Shown here: piece after piece, positions 1 through 9,713 of the stretch
Layout of the letters: the number at the start of each line of letters is the position of its first letter
How positions within the stretch are numbered: position 1 is the first letter of the stretch
NCBI GenBank assembly: GCA_045863295.1
Contig: BTWA01000002.1
Coordinates: 134,499 to 198,498, forward strand
Length of the DNA stretch: 64,000 nt
Direction of reading: 5' to 3'
Source of the DNA: Candidatus Hydrogenedentota bacterium
GTDB taxonomy: Bacteria > Hydrogenedentota > Hydrogenedentia > Hydrogenedentales > SLHB01
Position numbers and translations under genes: made by a program
The notes under the pieces: model-generated
Told to the model about the DNA's origin: nothing
Seen by the model: the letters and a program-made list of their open reading frames with translations, nothing else
Database searches by the model: none

Positions 1-79
1 TTCCACGAAGACTGTACTTCAGTCTTCCACGAAGACTGTACTTCAGTCTTCCACGAAGACTGTACTTCAGTCTTCCACG
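1..79 (-). repeat. Tandem 24-bp palindromic repeat, REP-like; likely truncated by the window edge
   Basis: TTCCACGAAGACTGTACTTCAGTC x3 plus TTCCACG. On the minus strand each unit reads GTGG followed by the hairpin AAGACTG-AAGTA-CAGTCTT. No spacers. Confidence 0.85.
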
Positions 80-231
80 CACGCCAAAAGCGTGGTGCAA
101 AATGCGGGCTATATGTTGTATCTGGCGTACGTCTTTACTTCAGCAGATTTTTGCGCTAAAATACTGAACATATATTTAGATATTGACTCGTAACTTCCAC
201 CAAGGCAATAGGTTGCGAAATAAATGAAAAT

Positions 232-278
232 ACACACCATGTTGTATGCTTTTAATTTGGCAATACAACATCTTGTTG
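232..278 (+). promoter_or_regulatory. Tandem NrdR boxes
   Basis: ACACACCATGTTGTAT (232-247) and ATACAACATCTTGTTG (263-278) fit acaCwAtATaTwGtg, 31 bp apart, upstream of thyX-nrdJ. A third candidate, GGGCTATATGTTGTAT, lies at 106-121. Confidence 0.8.
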
Positions 279-304
279 ACAGAAAACCCAATTCGCCGTA
301 TACT
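276..304 (+). promoter_or_regulatory. sigma70-type promoter P1 of thyX-nrdJ
   Basis: TTGACA-17 bp-TATACT; the -35 overlaps the second NrdR box. Confidence 0.75.
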
Positions 305-470
305 CGCGATTGTGTTCCCCGGCAGCACCTGTCGTCGCGCCGGGGCGGGAGGATGTTCCGAATGCGCCATGCGTTGACTCTCAATATGCCGCTGCTTCGG
401 ACCATTTTCTCTAAAATAAGCACGCATACCCCCCTGATTTCCCCCAGAAAGTGGACTTCCCAGAACCGTA

Positions 471-499
471 TGGACATCGCTTCGAGGCGGGTCTATAAT
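471..499 (+). promoter_or_regulatory. sigma70-type promoter P2 of thyX-nrdJ
   Basis: TGGACA-17 bp-TATAAT. Confidence 0.6.
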
Positions 500-632
500 G
501 CCCCGGCACGTGACGTGATCCGCCGGTTCCCGCCGGTCCTCCCGTGCTGCGAGTGGGGTCCGGTTCTGTGTTGTATCCCGTTTAAATTCAATAGCTTATG
601 CCGTGAACTCGGCGTTTCTGGGGCGTGTCTTC

Positions 633-1415
633 ATGGAGTTTGTTGAACCAAAAGTCTTCTTGGTGGGCGAAACCCGCATCGTCGAGGATGGCCTCAAGGA
701 CTATCTGGCCCACGTGGGCGTGCCAGAGTGGTCTACCGACGCGCCTTCGGGTTCGGAGACGCTTTGCGAGGTCATGGGGCGGCTCTGCTACCGGTCATTC
801 GAGCCCGGGCTGAACCCAAACGTAACGCGAGTGCGCAAGGGCAATCAAAAGTACCTGGGGCACGTGCTGGAAGTCGGCCACGGCAGCGTCATTGAGCACG
901 CCGTGTTGAATTTCATCTTTGCCGACGTCAGCCGCGTATTTACCCATGAGCTGGTCCGCCATCGGGCCGGAACCGCGATTTCCCAGGAGTCGCTCCGGTT
1001 TGTACGTCTGAACAAGCTTTCCGCTTATGTGCCGACCCATATCCGCGAAAACGACGAGGGAATGGAAGTATTCACGCGCACTATTCAGCAACTGGAGGAA
1101 ATCCAGAACAGTCTGGCACGTGTTTTCGAAATTGACGACGAAAAGCAGTTCGACCGCAAAAAAAAGCTCACCTCGGCGTTTCGCCGGGTCGCGCCCATCG
1201 GCGTGGCCACCACAATTGGCTGGTCGTGCAATTTTCGCGCCTTGCGCCATGTCATCGAAATGCGAACCGCCCCCGAGGCCGAAGAAGAACTCCGCCTCGT
1301 GTTCGGGAAAGTCTACGATCTCGTGAAGGGCCGCTATCCCAGTCTCATGGGCGACTATGAGGTCGAGGAAGTGGAAGGGCTGCCCTGGGTGCGCACAACG
1401 CACCGGAAAGTGTGA
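633..1415 (+). CDS. thyX: FAD-dependent thymidylate synthase
   Basis: Motifs GRLCY, GHGSVIEH, SRVFTHELVRHR..SQESLRFV. ATG 633 preferred over GTG 603. Confidence 0.95.
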   Translation: MEFVEPKVFLVGETRIVEDGLKDYLAHVGVPEWSTDAPSGSETLCEVMGRLCYRSFEPGLNPNVTRVRKGNQKYLGHVLEVGHGSVIEHAVLNFIFADVSRVFTHELVRHRAGTAISQESLRFVRLNKLSAYVPTHIRENDEGMEVFTRTIQQLEEIQNSLARVFEIDDEKQFDRKKKLTSAFRRVAPIGVATTIGWSCNFRALRHVIEMRTAPEAEEELRLVFGKVYDLVKGRYPSLMGDYEVEEVEGLPWVRTTHRKV

Positions 1416-1477
1416 CGGCACGGAATTTTAATACGCCACGGCGTTTGGTATTTAAGACTGCAGGAGGGGACGAGGCC

Positions 1478-3583
1478 ATGCTGTTCCAGGTCAAAGAGCG
1501 ATTCAAGCTGTCGGACACGTTTATTGAACAATTTCGCGGCCGGCAGCCCAAGTGGGGTCCCCTGGGCTACGTGACTTTCAAACGAACCTACGCCCGCGTG
1601 ATTCATGAAAATGAATCCAGCCGCACCGAAGAGTTTTGGGAATCCCTGCGCAGGGTGGTGGAAGGCTGCTATACCATTCAGCGCAACCACTGCCAACATT
1701 TGAAGCTGCCCTGGAACGCGCAAAAGGCCCAGCGCTCCGCGCAGGAAATGTTCGGGCTGATGTGGGAATTCAAGTTCCTGCCCCCGGGCCGCGGCCTCTG
1801 GATGATGGGCACGGATTACATCTACGAACGGGGTTCGGCGGCGCTCAACAACTGCGCGTTCGTGTCCACCTCGGACATCGATTTCAATTTCTCCGAACCC
1901 TTCTGTTTCCTGATGGATATGTCCATGCTGGGCACCGGCGTGGCTTTCGACACGAAAGGTGCCGGCAAGATTGGAATTGCCCAGCCCAAAATCGGCGGCT
2001 ACACCCATGTCGTGGAGGATTCCAAGGAGGGTTGGGTCGATCTGGTACGCTGCATCCTCGAATCGTACGTCGGAAACGCAATGCGCCCGAATCGCGTGGA
2101 TTATTCGCAGATCCGCCCGGTCGGTTCGCCGATTCGCACCTTTGGCGGCATCGCGCCCGGCCCCAAGCCGCTGATCGAATGCGTGGAAAACATCGACAAG
2201 ATTCTGGAGCCCCGCGTCGGCCAAAAAATAACCTCGTCGGATATCACCGACCTCATGAACGTGATCGGCAAGTGCGTGGTCTCCGGGGGCGTGCGCCGCA
2301 CCGCCGAACTGGCCCTCGGCGATCCCCACGATGAGGAATACCTCAAACTTAAAGATCCCGAAATTAACGGCGACAAACTGATGCAGTGGCGCTGGGCGTC
2401 CAACAACAGCGTCGCGGCATCCGTCGGCATGGACTACACCCGCGTAGGCACACAGACCGCGAAGAATGGCGAGCCCGGCTATTTCTGGCTGGACAACGCG
2501 CGCGCATTCGGCCGCATGAAAGACGGCGCCACCTACCGCGACGCCAAGGTGGCGGGCACGAATCCGTGCGCGGAACAAAGTCTGGAATCGTTTGAAATCT
2601 GCAATCTGGTCGAAACGTTTCCGTCATTGCACGAGTCGTTCGATGAATACAAGCGCACGCTCAAATTCGCGTACTTGTACGCGAAGACGGTCACACTCGT
2701 GCCGACGCACAATGAGCGCACAAACGCCATCATGCTGCGCAACCGGCGCATCGGTCTGTCCCAATCCGGCATCATCGAATCATTTGAAAAACACGGCCGT
2801 CGCGAACATTTGCGCTGGTGCGATGAAGGGTACAAGTACGTATCCGAATTGGACCGCATTTACGCGCAATGGCTGTGCATCCCCGAGAGCATCAAGAAAA
2901 CAACCGTGAAGCCCAGCGGCACGGTGTCGTTGATGCCCGGCGTTACTCCCGGCATTCACTATCCCCACGCGCAGTTCTACTACCGCACCATTCGCCTTGA
3001 CAAGACAAGCCCGCTGGTCGATCCCATCCGGCGCGCCGGATACCGCATCGAAGAATCGGTTTACGGCGACAACACATGGGTCGTCTACTTCCCCGTAAAG
3101 CAACGCAACTTCGAACGCTCCAAGAACGACGTGTCGCTTTGGGAACAAGTGGAGAACGTCGCGCAGATGCAGTATTACTGGGCGGATAACCAGGTGAGCG
3201 CTACAATCACCTTCCGCTCCGACGAAGCCAAGGACATCCCCAAAGTTCTTGAACTGTACGAACCGCGCATCAAGTCGATAAGTTTCCTGCCGCTCGTCGA
3301 TCACAATTATCCGCAGGCGCCCTATCAGGAAATCACCGAGGAAATGTTTACGATCGCCTCGCGCCGCCTGAAATTGTTGAACTTCGAAAACCTCAACACG
3401 GACGAGGCCGCCGACCTCTATTGCGACGGCGACAAATGCGAATCGCCGCTGCCGCAACCGGCCGTCGTGCCGCAGGAAGAGTTCACGTTTGCCATAACGG
3501 TCTCCGATGAGGACATCCAGGAACACGGCAACGGCTCCCGCCGCCGTCACCATGAAGAAGCGGAAGAAGTGGTTCCGAAATAA
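1478..3583 (+). CDS. nrdJ: Class II (adenosylcobalamin-dependent) ribonucleotide reductase, monomeric RTPR-like
   Basis: KFLPPGRGLW, NNCAF, GGVRRTAE, TNPCAEQ (thiyl Cys), TTVKPSGTVS, C-terminal CDGDKC. RBS GGAGG precedes ATG 1478. Confidence 0.93.
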   Translation: MLFQVKERFKLSDTFIEQFRGRQPKWGPLGYVTFKRTYARVIHENESSRTEEFWESLRRVVEGCYTIQRNHCQHLKLPWNAQKAQRSAQEMFGLMWEFKFLPPGRGLWMMGTDYIYERGSAALNNCAFVSTSDIDFNFSEPFCFLMDMSMLGTGVAFDTKGAGKIGIAQPKIGGYTHVVEDSKEGWVDLVRCILESYVGNAMRPNRVDYSQIRPVGSPIRTFGGIAPGPKPLIECVENIDKILEPRVGQKITSSDITDLMNVIGKCVVSGGVRRTAELALGDPHDEEYLKLKDPEINGDKLMQWRWASNNSVAASVGMDYTRVGTQTAKNGEPGYFWLDNARAFGRMKDGATYRDAKVAGTNPCAEQSLESFEICNLVETFPSLHESFDEYKRTLKFAYLYAKTVTLVPTHNERTNAIMLRNRRIGLSQSGIIESFEKHGRREHLRWCDEGYKYVSELDRIYAQWLCIPESIKKTTVKPSGTVSLMPGVTPGIHYPHAQFYYRTIRLDKTSPLVDPIRRAGYRIEESVYGDNTWVVYFPVKQRNFERSKNDVSLWEQVENVAQMQYYWADNQVSATITFRSDEAKDIPKVLELYEPRIKSISFLPLVDHNYPQAPYQEITEEMFTIASRRLKLLNFENLNTDEAADLYCDGDKCESPLPQPAVVPQEEFTFAITVSDEDIQEHGNGSRRRHHEEAEEVVPK

Positions 3584-3667
3584 TTCAGTTGGGTGCAAGT
3601 GCGCGGCCGGGCCGATTCGATCGGACGGCCGCGTTTCATTTTTTCCGGAGATGGCGGAGCCGCGAAT

Positions 3668-4558
3668 ATGCCGAGCAAACAGTTTCACGATTTGATGGCC
3701 ATGATGAGCGCGCGGGGGTTGAACGAAAAGCTGGGCGTCGACCTGTTGCGGAAAGGCTTCGAACGCATCGCCCGATTGTTCAACGATCCAGGCGAGGCGG
3801 AATGCACCGAAGTGCCGGCAAACGGAGTGCCTTCGGATTGGATTGTCCCCGCGGGATCGCGAGAACACACGGCACTGCTCTTTCTGCACGGCGGCGGCTA
3901 CATCATGGGGTCGCGCAATACGCACCGGGGACTCGCCGCGCGCATCGCCCGCGCCTCCAGGATGCACGCTATCGTGCCCGAATACCGGCTCGCGCCGGAA
4001 TACCCGTTTCCCGCGGCCGTGGAAGATGCCCTCGCCGTGTACGAATGGGTGCTGGAGCAAGGCATCGAACCTAATCACGTCGCCCTGGCAGGCGATAGCG
4101 CCGGCGGAGGTCTGACGCTGGCACTGCTGCTGACCCTTCGCGACCGGGCACTCCCGCTGCCCGCGTGCGCGGCCTGCCTGTCACCCTGGACGGACATGGA
4201 GGCAACCGGCGCATCCGTACAAGTGAACTCGGTGTTGGATCCACTCCTAACGGAGCGTCTGCTTGTGAAGGCGGCCGGGGCCTACCTGAACGGCGCAAGC
4301 GCGTCACACCCCTATGCCTCTCCTTTTCACGCGGACTTCTCAGGTCTGCCGCCCCTGCTCATACACGTAGGCGGCAGGGAAGTGCTGCTGAACGACGCCA
4401 CCCGAGCCGCGGAAAAAGCGCAAGACGCCGGTGTGGACGTGACACTGGAAGTCTGGGAAGACATGACCCACGTCTGGCACTACTTCGCTCCGTTACTGCC
4501 GGAAGGACAGGAAGCGGTGGAAAAAATCGGCAAGTTTATCCTTGCACACACCACCTAA
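3668..4558 (+). CDS. HSL-family alpha/beta hydrolase (esterase/lipase)
   Basis: HGGGY oxyanion motif, YRLAPE, GDSAGG nucleophile, catalytic His in MTHVW. Confidence 0.9.
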   Translation: MPSKQFHDLMAMMSARGLNEKLGVDLLRKGFERIARLFNDPGEAECTEVPANGVPSDWIVPAGSREHTALLFLHGGGYIMGSRNTHRGLAARIARASRMHAIVPEYRLAPEYPFPAAVEDALAVYEWVLEQGIEPNHVALAGDSAGGGLTLALLLTLRDRALPLPACAACLSPWTDMEATGASVQVNSVLDPLLTERLLVKAAGAYLNGASASHPYASPFHADFSGLPPLLIHVGGREVLLNDATRAAEKAQDAGVDVTLEVWEDMTHVWHYFAPLLPEGQEAVEKIGKFILAHTT

Positions 4559-5440
4559 TCAGATCGGCCAGGACTCGATATCCGACAGAAGTCCCTCGTG
4601 AAAGATCAGCGCCCCATCCACCGATGACTCTTCGCCCGGAGCCAAATCCTTGAACTGCGGGTCCGCATGCATGCAAGGGTGATTGGGGTTTGAAACCATC
4701 GACAACGTGTCCGTATACCACGTCATCAACACGTAGCGCTCCGCCTTGTTTGAGCGGGTCGCCATAACGGGCCAATCCGCCACCGGTTTGCCAGATTTGC
4801 GCCATCCCGACCGATACAATCCCTCCCGCTCGGGCAGATTGCCGGTCTCCGTGACGAGCACCCACCCTTTTTCCGGAACATGAATGAACTTGTTGTCCCG
4901 CGTGTAATCGGCGAATTCCGTGATAGCCCTCAGGAACGCGCACGTTTGCAGCGTGATGCCGTTCAGCGGTTCCTGACTGCCATTCCGGATGTACAGGCGC
5001 ATGGCCACTTTGGTATCGTTCACTTTTACAAGGTTTCCCCCGAAGGCAATGCCATTGGGTAGAACGCGCTCAAAGGCAATACCTTCGTCGATGGACTTCC
5101 AAGGCACGGGCGGCAGATCGTGAAAGACCGTTGGAAACGGCGGATTGATGTGGCTCAAAAACAACAAGCCCTGACTGCTGAATATGGCCTCGGGAAAATC
5201 CAGCCACAGGTAATCGTGGCTGGCCCAAGGCGGGCTGACCCACGCAATCTGCTCCCACGGGTAATGCGGCCTCCACTGACCCGGCAAGATACGAATTCCC
5301 TTGGAGATCGTTTCATAGGTCTCCTTGGGCTCCTCCTCGGCCCACGGTTGGACGGCCAGGACGGCCCCCGCCGCCGCAGACAGCACAAAGGCACGGCGGC
5401 TAACCACCGGCAAGTCCCGGTTGCTGTTGGGTCCCCACAT
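4559..5440 (-). CDS. Tat-exported protein of unknown function, homologous to the C-terminal domain of 19858..21534
   Basis: SRRAFVL twin-Arg signal, GGAGG RBS, shared motifs LDxPEAIFS and PCxHxDP. Confidence 0.75.
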   Translation of the reverse strand: MWGPNSNRDLPVVSRRAFVLSAAAGAVLAVQPWAEEEPKETYETISKGIRILPGQWRPHYPWEQIAWVSPPWASHDYLWLDFPEAIFSSQGLLFLSHINPPFPTVFHDLPPVPWKSIDEGIAFERVLPNGIAFGGNLVKVNDTKVAMRLYIRNGSQEPLNGITLQTCAFLRAITEFADYTRDNKFIHVPEKGWVLVTETGNLPEREGLYRSGWRKSGKPVADWPVMATRSNKAERYVLMTWYTDTLSMVSNPNHPCMHADPQFKDLAPGEESSVDGALIFHEGLLSDIESWPI

Positions 5441-5725
5441 GTATGAATCCTCCCTGCGGTGTTCCGGTTGTGCCGCGCCCACCAAGTATGCCAACCCGAC
5501 GCCGATTTCTGGAATTAACGAGCCTTTTGTGTTAGCCTTCCGTAAACCCTCGACCTGTGCCAGAAACGAGGGGTTTAATCGTCTTGCGGCGGGAAAATCG
5601 CCGCTTTTTCATCCGGGAACTGGACCCATTATACAGGTATTGCTGGAATTCCAGCTCAGGGGCGGTTGTGACGCAACACGCTTTCCTTCGGCCTCGCCAG
5701 CACGCGACATGAATAGGAATCGGAT

Positions 5726-6706
5726 ATGATCCGCGCACGCATAGTTGGAACCGGCCATTACATGCCAGATCGCCTGGTAACCAATGCGGAATTAGAGAAA
5801 CTAACCGATACCAGCGACGAGTGGATCCGGCAACGAACGGGAATATTGCAGCGCTACTTCTCGGAACCCGAATCGGGGGCGTCCGCGCTGGCGGTCCCCG
5901 CCTCCCAAAAAGCGCTGCAATCCGCGGGCATCGGCCCCGGCGACCTCGATCTCATTATCTGCGCGACAACCACGCCGGACTATGTCTTTCCGGCGACGGC
6001 GTGCGTGGTCCAGGAAGCCCTCGGAATTACGAACACGCCGGCCTTCGATTTGAATGCGGCCTGCTCGGGTTTCATGTACGGACTCTCGACGGCCAACGCC
6101 TTTATCCGCAGCGGCACGTACAAGACCATCCTGGTCGTTGCCAGCGAGATTGTGTCCAACCGCATCAGTTTCAAGAAGCGCGACACGGCCGTCTTGTTTG
6201 GCGACGGCGCGGGCGCGGTGGTGATGAAAGCGGAAGAAGGCGACCACGGCGTATTGACCACGCACCTCTGGGCGGACGGCGGAGGCCGCGAAATTTTGTG
6301 GCTGCCGATCGGCGGCTCAAAGACGCCCACCACGCCGGAGAATTATGCCGACGACGGCACGACCATCCAGATGAAGGGCAAGGAACTGTTCAAACGGGCC
6401 GTGGTCGAGTTTGGCGACGCCATCGAAGTTGCACTCAAGGCGGCCAATGTCGACTTGAGCGAAATCAGTCTGTTCGTGCCGCATCAGGCCAATGTCCGAA
6501 TCCTGCAAAGCGTGGCGGAACGTCTGGGCATGCCGCAGGAAAAAGTCATCATCAATCTGGATCGCGTGGCAAACACGGTGGCCGCATCCATACCCATTGC
6601 ACTATCCGAGTGCGTCGAACAAGGGCGCATCAAATCCGGGGATATGATCCTGCTCGCATCGTTTGGCGCGGGGCTCACGTGGGGATCCGCGGTCGTTCGC
6701 TGGTAA
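5726..6706 (+). CDS. fabH: 3-oxoacyl-ACP synthase III
   Basis: DEWIRQRTGI, AACSGF (Cys), LFGDGAGA, PHQAN (His), ANT (Asn), FGAGLTWG. Confidence 0.95.
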   Translation: MIRARIVGTGHYMPDRLVTNAELEKLTDTSDEWIRQRTGILQRYFSEPESGASALAVPASQKALQSAGIGPGDLDLIICATTTPDYVFPATACVVQEALGITNTPAFDLNAACSGFMYGLSTANAFIRSGTYKTILVVASEIVSNRISFKKRDTAVLFGDGAGAVVMKAEEGDHGVLTTHLWADGGGREILWLPIGGSKTPTTPENYADDGTTIQMKGKELFKRAVVEFGDAIEVALKAANVDLSEISLFVPHQANVRILQSVAERLGMPQEKVIINLDRVANTVAASIPIALSECVEQGRIKSGDMILLASFGAGLTWGSAVVRW

Positions 6707-6763
6707 TTCCCGCACCCGGTTCACGTTTGCGGCACGTCAACCCAACAACTGCATGAGCATGCC

Positions 6764-9694
6764 ATGACGACTGACGAAAGCGCGAAACCATCCGCGTTGC
6801 TTCGCGGCTCAACAGTAGCCACGGCAAGCGCCACGGTCTTCCTTTCCAGCGCGTGCATCATGATCGTCGAAATGGTGGCCGGGCGGCTGGTATCCCGGCA
6901 CATTGGCCAATCCCTGTACACGTGGACCGCCATTATCGGCGTGGTGCTCGCGGGCATGTCGGTGGGCAACTATCTTGGCGGGCGGATGGCCGATCGGTTT
7001 GCGCCCCGGCGGTTGGTTCCCGTGCTCTTCCTGTTGGCGGCGGCGGGTTGTCTGGCCACGCTGCCGCTCAACGCATGGGCCGGTACTTGGCCGTTCTGGG
7101 TGAACGTCTCCTGGCCGGTTCGAATTGTCGGACACATTGCCGCCGTATTCCTCCTGCCCGCGCTCTGCTTGGGCACCATCAGCCCGGCGGTCGTGCGGAT
7201 GGCCCTCGACCAGGGCCTTCCCCAAGGCCGCACAGTGGGCGAAGTCTACGCATGGGCCGTCGCCGGAAGTATCCTCGGCACTTTTCTAACCGGCTACGGA
7301 CTGTTGCAGGTCTTCGGCGTAACGGCCATCGTGGCGGGATCCGCCGCCGGTTTGGCCCTGGTAGGCATCGTCTACCTCGTCACGGCGCGAAAAACGCAAC
7401 CGGCCATGGATACGGATCCCAAACACGGGATCGGCTTGCAGGATGCCGTACTGCCTTGGCGCTTTCGTGAAATCGCAGGACCCGCAACCGTTATGTTTCT
7501 GGCCAACCTGTGTGTTATGGCCATGGAAATCGCCGCCGGCCGGATCCTCGCCAAGGATTTCGGATACTTCATTTACACATGGACAGCGGTGATTGGCGTG
7601 GTGCTCGCGGGACTCACCATCGGTAATTTCGCCGCCGGGCGGTTCGCCGACAGGCGGCATCCACACGGCATCCTGATGCTTCTTTTCATCGCGGGATCGG
7701 TGTCCTGCCTCACCGGGCCGGCCTTAAATGCATGGGCGTCCGGCTGGTTGCCCATGCTCCCCTTTCCATGGCCGTTGCGAATCACCACGCAGATGACGGT
7801 AGCGTTCTTCCTTCCAAGTCTGTTTCTCGGTATGACGGGCCCAGTCGTTACCAGGATTGCGTTGGATAAAGGCCGCGAAAAAGGCCGCACGATCGGAACC
7901 ATGTTCGCCAGCAATGCAATGGGCAGCATCGCGGGAACGTTTCTGGGCGGATTCCTGCTGGTGCCCGCGATTGGTATGTTGCCAACAATCGCCGTGGTCG
8001 GTCTGGTGCTGGCCGTGTTGGCGGTTGCTTCGGCACCGCGCAACGTGCTGGGCTGGGGGTGCGTGGCCGTCGCTGCCGCGTCCGTGATAGTCGCGCTTGT
8101 GCCCGGAAGAGCCGCATCCGTGGCGGGCCGCGCGATGCATCTGCGATTGGCCGAGGATCCGGCAGTGGTCTACCGGAACGAAAGCCAATACTCATACGTC
8201 GCCGTACTTCAGAATGCGAACCAGCCGTCGCTGCGATCGCTGTATCTCGATAAGCTGATGCACAGCAAAGTCGACCTCGACAATCCGCTCGCCCTCAAAT
8301 ACGAGTACGAATGGATCTATCGCGCCGTCATCGACCAATACTACCCCGAAGGAAATCCGTTCAACGCGCTCGTCATCGGAGGCGGTGGCTACACCTTTCC
8401 CCGTTACCTGGAATTGACGCGGCCCGGCAGTTACGTCGAAGTAATCGAAATCGATCCTGTCGTCACGGAAGCATCATATGCCGCCTTTGGACTGCCGCGA
8501 GACACATCAATGCACATCGTGCATCTGGACGGACGGAACCGCATCGAGGATCTCGCGCAACGAAAGGCCGCGGGAGAATCCGTTCCCGCGTTCGACTGCA
8601 TTTTCGGAGACTCCATCAACGACGTAAGCGTGCCCTATCACCTTACCACGCGAGAATTCAATGAACGCTTGAAGACCCTGCTCAAACCGGACGGGATCTA
8701 CCTGCTCAATACGATCGACATGTTCGACTCCGGAAAATTTGTCTCCGCCGTCGCCCGAACCTGTCAGGCCGTATTCGACTACGTATACGTATTCAGCAGC
8801 GGCTCGCCGCCAAACTTGAGGGACACGTTCGTAATCGTGTCGTCGCAACGGCCGTTGGAACTTGAAACAATACCGGAGTCCATACGTTCGCGACACCCTT
8901 ACGGAGGCCGCCTTCTCAATGGCGAACTCCTCGACAATCTGATGGCGCGCACCCGCGACTTTGTGCTCACCGACGACTTCGCGCCCGTCGACAATCTCCT
9001 TGCCCCGGTGGTCTTGCGCAGCGGCGAACAACGCGAAGAGGCGTTTATCGATAGAGCCATCGACGCACTGGCCGCCTCGGATCCGCGCACGGCCGAAGAA
9101 TTGGCCCGGCAGGCGCTCTCCATCAACGCTCGCTCCGCGAAAGCGTACGAGATTCTCGGCGTGGCGTTATCACAGCAGAACGACCATGAAGGGGCTATCG
9201 CCGCATACCGGGAAGCGATTGCCATCAATCCGGCCGAGGCCATCGCGCATTACAATCTGGGTCTGGAAATGGAACAGCAGGGGGACACGGAAACGGCCAT
9301 CGCATCGTGGCGCAACGCGGTTGCCGCGGATCCGGCCTATGAACCGGCCCTTCGAAAACTCGGAACCACCCTGCTCATGCAGGGCCGTGCGCCGGAAAGC
9401 GTGGAAGTGCTGCAATTGCTGACCAGCGCAAACCCTCAGTCGGCAACGGCCTTCTACAACCTGGGTCTGGCCTTGGGGCAGACCGGGCAACTTGAGGAAG
9501 CGGTAAAGGCGTGGAGCCAATCCGCCCAATTGAACCCGGCCAACGCAGACACGCACTACAACCTCGCGCTGAGTTACCAACAATTGGGCAAACCAAACGA
9601 CGCGTGGATCGCCGCGCAGGCATGCATCCAAAACGGCGGCGCCATCGAACCGGCGATTCTGGATCAACTGCGCGCCGCCGCCGGCGCGCAATAG
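6764..9694 (+). CDS. Fused MFS-like membrane / spermidine-synthase-like SAM-binding protein with C-terminal TPRs
   Basis: Two homologous membrane repeats (YTWTAxIGVVLAG), LVIGGGGY..EIDP, HLTTREF, LTDDFAPV, TPR repeats. Confidence 0.88.
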   Translation: MTTDESAKPSALLRGSTVATASATVFLSSACIMIVEMVAGRLVSRHIGQSLYTWTAIIGVVLAGMSVGNYLGGRMADRFAPRRLVPVLFLLAAAGCLATLPLNAWAGTWPFWVNVSWPVRIVGHIAAVFLLPALCLGTISPAVVRMALDQGLPQGRTVGEVYAWAVAGSILGTFLTGYGLLQVFGVTAIVAGSAAGLALVGIVYLVTARKTQPAMDTDPKHGIGLQDAVLPWRFREIAGPATVMFLANLCVMAMEIAAGRILAKDFGYFIYTWTAVIGVVLAGLTIGNFAAGRFADRRHPHGILMLLFIAGSVSCLTGPALNAWASGWLPMLPFPWPLRITTQMTVAFFLPSLFLGMTGPVVTRIALDKGREKGRTIGTMFASNAMGSIAGTFLGGFLLVPAIGMLPTIAVVGLVLAVLAVASAPRNVLGWGCVAVAAASVIVALVPGRAASVAGRAMHLRLAEDPAVVYRNESQYSYVAVLQNANQPSLRSLYLDKLMHSKVDLDNPLALKYEYEWIYRAVIDQYYPEGNPFNALVIGGGGYTFPRYLELTRPGSYVEVIEIDPVVTEASYAAFGLPRDTSMHIVHLDGRNRIEDLAQRKAAGESVPAFDCIFGDSINDVSVPYHLTTREFNERLKTLLKPDGIYLLNTIDMFDSGKFVSAVARTCQAVFDYVYVFSSGSPPNLRDTFVIVSSQRPLELETIPESIRSRHPYGGRLLNGELLDNLMARTRDFVLTDDFAPVDNLLAPVVLRSGEQREEAFIDRAIDALAASDPRTAEELARQALSINARSAKAYEILGVALSQQNDHEGAIAAYREAIAINPAEAIAHYNLGLEMEQQGDTETAIASWRNAVAADPAYEPALRKLGTTLLMQGRAPESVEVLQLLTSANPQSATAFYNLGLALGQTGQLEEAVKAWSQSAQLNPANADTHYNLALSYQQLGKPNDAWIAAQACIQNGGAIEPAILDQLRAAAGAQ

Positions 9695-9713
9695 CGCGGA
9701 ACGGAGAAGGCGC

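Noticed and set aside
1..79. CRISPR array
   Set aside because: The repeats are directly adjacent with no unique spacers, and there are no cas genes in the window.
224..646. 140-aa ORF upstream of thyX
   Set aside because: It overlaps NrdR boxes and two promoters and has no recognisable motifs; probably spurious.
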